Shown one piece after another: positions 61,140 to 64,000 of a stretch of 64,000 nt of DNA; within the stretch, counting starts at the first letter, position 1, and every line of letters begins with the position of its first letter. The stretch is from Callorhinchus milii (taxonomy: Eukaryota). The translations under genes were made by a program, and so were the position numbers. Below the pieces are notes generated by a model. The model searched no databases, was not told the DNA's origin, and worked only from the letters and a program-made list of their open reading frames with translations. The DNA is taken from NCBI RefSeq assembly GCF_018977255.1, contig NW_024704743.1, forward strand, positions 72,294,001 through 72,358,000, in the 5' to 3' direction.

Positions 61140-64000
61140 TCAGCTCAGATGGCTGCCCTCCCCAGAGAGTCTGGTCTTGTTTGCCGTGGCGGCCGTGCGG
61201 CTCTCATCTCCCGGTCCCCTGTTGGCCTTTCCCCTTACTCCTCCGTAACCTTTCCCCTCCTTCGAACACCTTACCCTCTACCACCCCTCCAGGTTCTCCC
61301 TCAAAATCCTCCTTGTCTACCATCCCCCTAAGCCTTCTCACACCTTCCTCTCGGATAGCTCCACCCTTCTATCTTCCCTCTCCCTCTGCTCTGAACGACT
61401 CCTAATCCTAGGCGATTTCAACCTCCACTTCACCCCCTCATGCTCTACCTGTGCCGACTTCTCCTCCCTCCTCTCTTCCCTTGACCGCTCCCTCCTCATC
61501 CACTCCCCCAACCATGTTCTTGGCCAACCCCTTGACCTCACCCGGGGCCTCACCGTCTCGGACATCACCATCATCGATAAAGCCATCTCGGACCACCACT
61601 TCATCTCCCTCAACACCTCAGTACCCCTTCCCCTTTCTCAACCCTCCACCATCACATATCATGGAAAGAAATTTCCTCCCTCTACCTCTCCACTGCCCTG
61701 GAATCATCTGAACTCCTACACCTCTGGCCCTCACTGACCGATCTCCCCTCCTCACTCTCCTTTCTCCACAACTCCCTCTCCTCCATTCTGGACTCCCTTG
61801 CCCCCCTCACCTCCCAAACTGCCACATACTCCCGTAAATCCCCCTGGTACACAGCCATCTCTGTTCCCTCAAGGCACAAGTGCGAGCTGCCGAACGCGCC
61901 TGGACCAATTCCAAACTAACGGTCCATCGGCAGAACTGGCTTCACCACACCAAGATCTACCACTGCGCTCTTGCCTCCTCCAAATCCTCCTTCTACTCCA
62001 AGCTTAACTTGGAGGCAAAGGACAACCCCTGGCTTCTCTTTTCCACCACAAACAGTCTCCTCCGTCCACCTTGCCATGCCTCGCCCATCCTCTCCTCAAA
62101 CTCCAACTGTGAGGAGATGCTGGATTTTCTCAAAACCAAAATCAAGGGGATACGTTCAGCCACCTCTGCCCCATCCACAGCCACCCCCACATCACCTCTC
62201 CCTCATGACCCACCCCCCACCCATCACCCCCTATACTCCTTTGACCCTATCGCTCCCTCCTCCTTCTCTGCGATTGTTTGCAAACTGAAACCCACCATCT
62301 GCTCCTCGATCCCATCCCCACCTCTTTCCTCATCTCCCAGCTCCACCTTCTGGCCCCTCTCCTGTCCGACATTATCAACCTCTCCTTGTCAACCGTTCAG
62401 TTCCAAGCCCCACTAAAAACAGCCGTCATCACACTCATCCAAACCTTCCCTGGACCCATCCCTACTCTCCAGCTACCGCCCCATCTCTAACGTCCCATTC
62501 CTCTCCAAGGTCCTGGAATGAGTTGTCGCGTCCCAGTTCCGCTCCTTTCTCTCTCGCCATTCCCTCTTTGAAACCCCTCCAATCCGGCTTCCATGCTGCT
62601 CACAGCACGGAAACAGCCCTGGTCAAAGTCACTAATGATATTCTGAACATCTGCGATCAGGGCTCCCTCTGCCTCCTTGTCCTCCTCGACCTCTCTGCCG
62701 CCTTTGACAGTGTCGACCACTCCATCCTCATACACCGCCTCTCCGCTTTACTCAATCTTCACGGACCTGCCCTTGCCTGGTTTGATTCCTATCTCTCTCA
62801 CCGTCTCCATTTTGTTGCCTCTAATCGTTTCTCCTCCAGCCCCCACACTGTCACATCTGGCGTACCCCAGGGCTCTGTCCTTGGCCCTCTCCTCTTTAAT
62901 ATCTACATGCTACCCCTGGTGACATCATCTGCAGACATGGGGTCAACTTTCACACGTATGCGGATGACACCCAACTCTATCTTTCCGCCTCCACCCTCAA
63001 CTCTAGGACCACTGCTGTCCTGACAGACTGCCTGTCGAACATCAAGTCCTGGATGAGGGCAAATTTCCTCCAGTTGAATGTGAACAAGACTGAGGCCCTC
63101 CTGATTGGCTCGCGCCAGCGCCTCAGCACCTCAGGCTCTGGCAACATCAACCTCCATGGTTGCACATTACAACTCACCGCCAGTCAGGAACCTCGATGTC
63201 TTATTCGACCCTCAACTGTCGTTTCTTCCCCATATCCAAGCCATGACCCGCTCTGCCTTCCCTCATCTCTGAAACATCACCCGACTCCGCCACTACCTCA
63301 CCCCTCAGGCCACTGAAACTCTTGTTCATGCCTTCATCACCTCCAGGCTCGACTATGCAAAGGCCCTGCTTGTCAGCCTTCCCAACTCCTCCTTCCACAG
63401 GCTGCAGATAATCCAGAACTCTGCAGCCCGTGTCCTCTCCTGCACCAAACTCCCCCACTCTCGCCCGACTCCACAGGCTCCCTATCCTTCAGAGAATCCA
63501 GTTCAAGATGTGGAGTCCTGTAGCTCAGTGGTTAGAGCACTCGCTTTGCAAGTGAGACACCTGGGTTCAATTCCAGGCAGGGCGAAACCTTGGGCAAGTT
63601 TCCTTACTCCACACGCCTGATAATAATCCCTCCAAAACAAAACAATAATAAATTGGTCATTTTCAATCTACGACTGTTTGTGGGACATTGCTGTGCGCAA
63701 TTGGCTGCCACGTTCGCCCACAAATATAAGGTCAATTCACTTTACAGTATATTCTGTGAAGCGCTTTGGAACGTCTAGAAGACGTGAAAAGCGCTATATC
63801 AAATGCAAGGATTATTATTATCATTATTATTATAAGATCCTGGTCCTCACATACAAAGCCCTCCAGGGCCTCGCCCCACCCTATCTCTGTGATCTCCTCA
63901 CCACCTACCAACCCACACGCTCCCTCGGCTCAGCCAGCTCTGGCCTGCTCCATGTTCCCTGACCCACCCACCCCACCATTGGTGGGAGAGCCTTCAGCCA
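61140..64000 (+). mobile_element. Long L2 LINE ORF2 (APE endonuclease + RT), frameshifted, runs off window
   Basis: EN motifs LILGDFNLH (~61402) and ISDHHF (~61585); RT motifs QSGFHAAHSTETALVKVTNDIL, LDLSAAFDSVDH, GVPQGSVLGPLLFNIYM, YADDTQLY. Confidence 0.95.
63511..63833 (+). mobile_element. tRNA-Ala-type SINE, short variant, nested in L2
   Basis: Full head with tttgcaa loop and L2-like tail; host L2 reads ttcaagat|cctggtcctc with aagat duplicated. Confidence 0.93.

Noticed and set aside
63511..63585. tRNA-Ala gene (also 16471, 38770, 50472, 54330, 60017)
   Set aside because: A/B boxes and a TGC/CGC loop are present, but each continues into a shared SINE body and L2-like tail; these are SINE heads.

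Overview
Repeat-dense eukaryotic (vertebrate) DNA. The repeat set (L2 and CR1 LINEs, Deu-domain SINEs, tRNA-Ala-headed SINEs with an L2 tail, Penelope-like elements) points to a cartilaginous fish, probably a chimaera; that assignment is inference. There is no intact long ORF, operon, rRNA or CRISPR array, and nearly all ORF-track entries are transposon debris or chance ORFs. A sparse, unidentified minus-strand host gene is suggested by phase-compatible GT-AG exon candidates (best pair 56713-56620 and 56381-56245; also 47575-47445). The most notable signal is a set of four Penelope-derived insertions, each bounded by 12-16 bp target-site duplications and carrying a minimal hammerhead-ribozyme-like motif; three are tiny and non-coding and two are fold-backs. 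Also seen: fragments of a non-L2/non-CR1 LINE, two solo-LTR candidates, hairpin MITEs, several isolated hairpins and recurrent nested insertions. Family names come from motif recognition only; no database search was run, and boundaries of old repeats are approximate.
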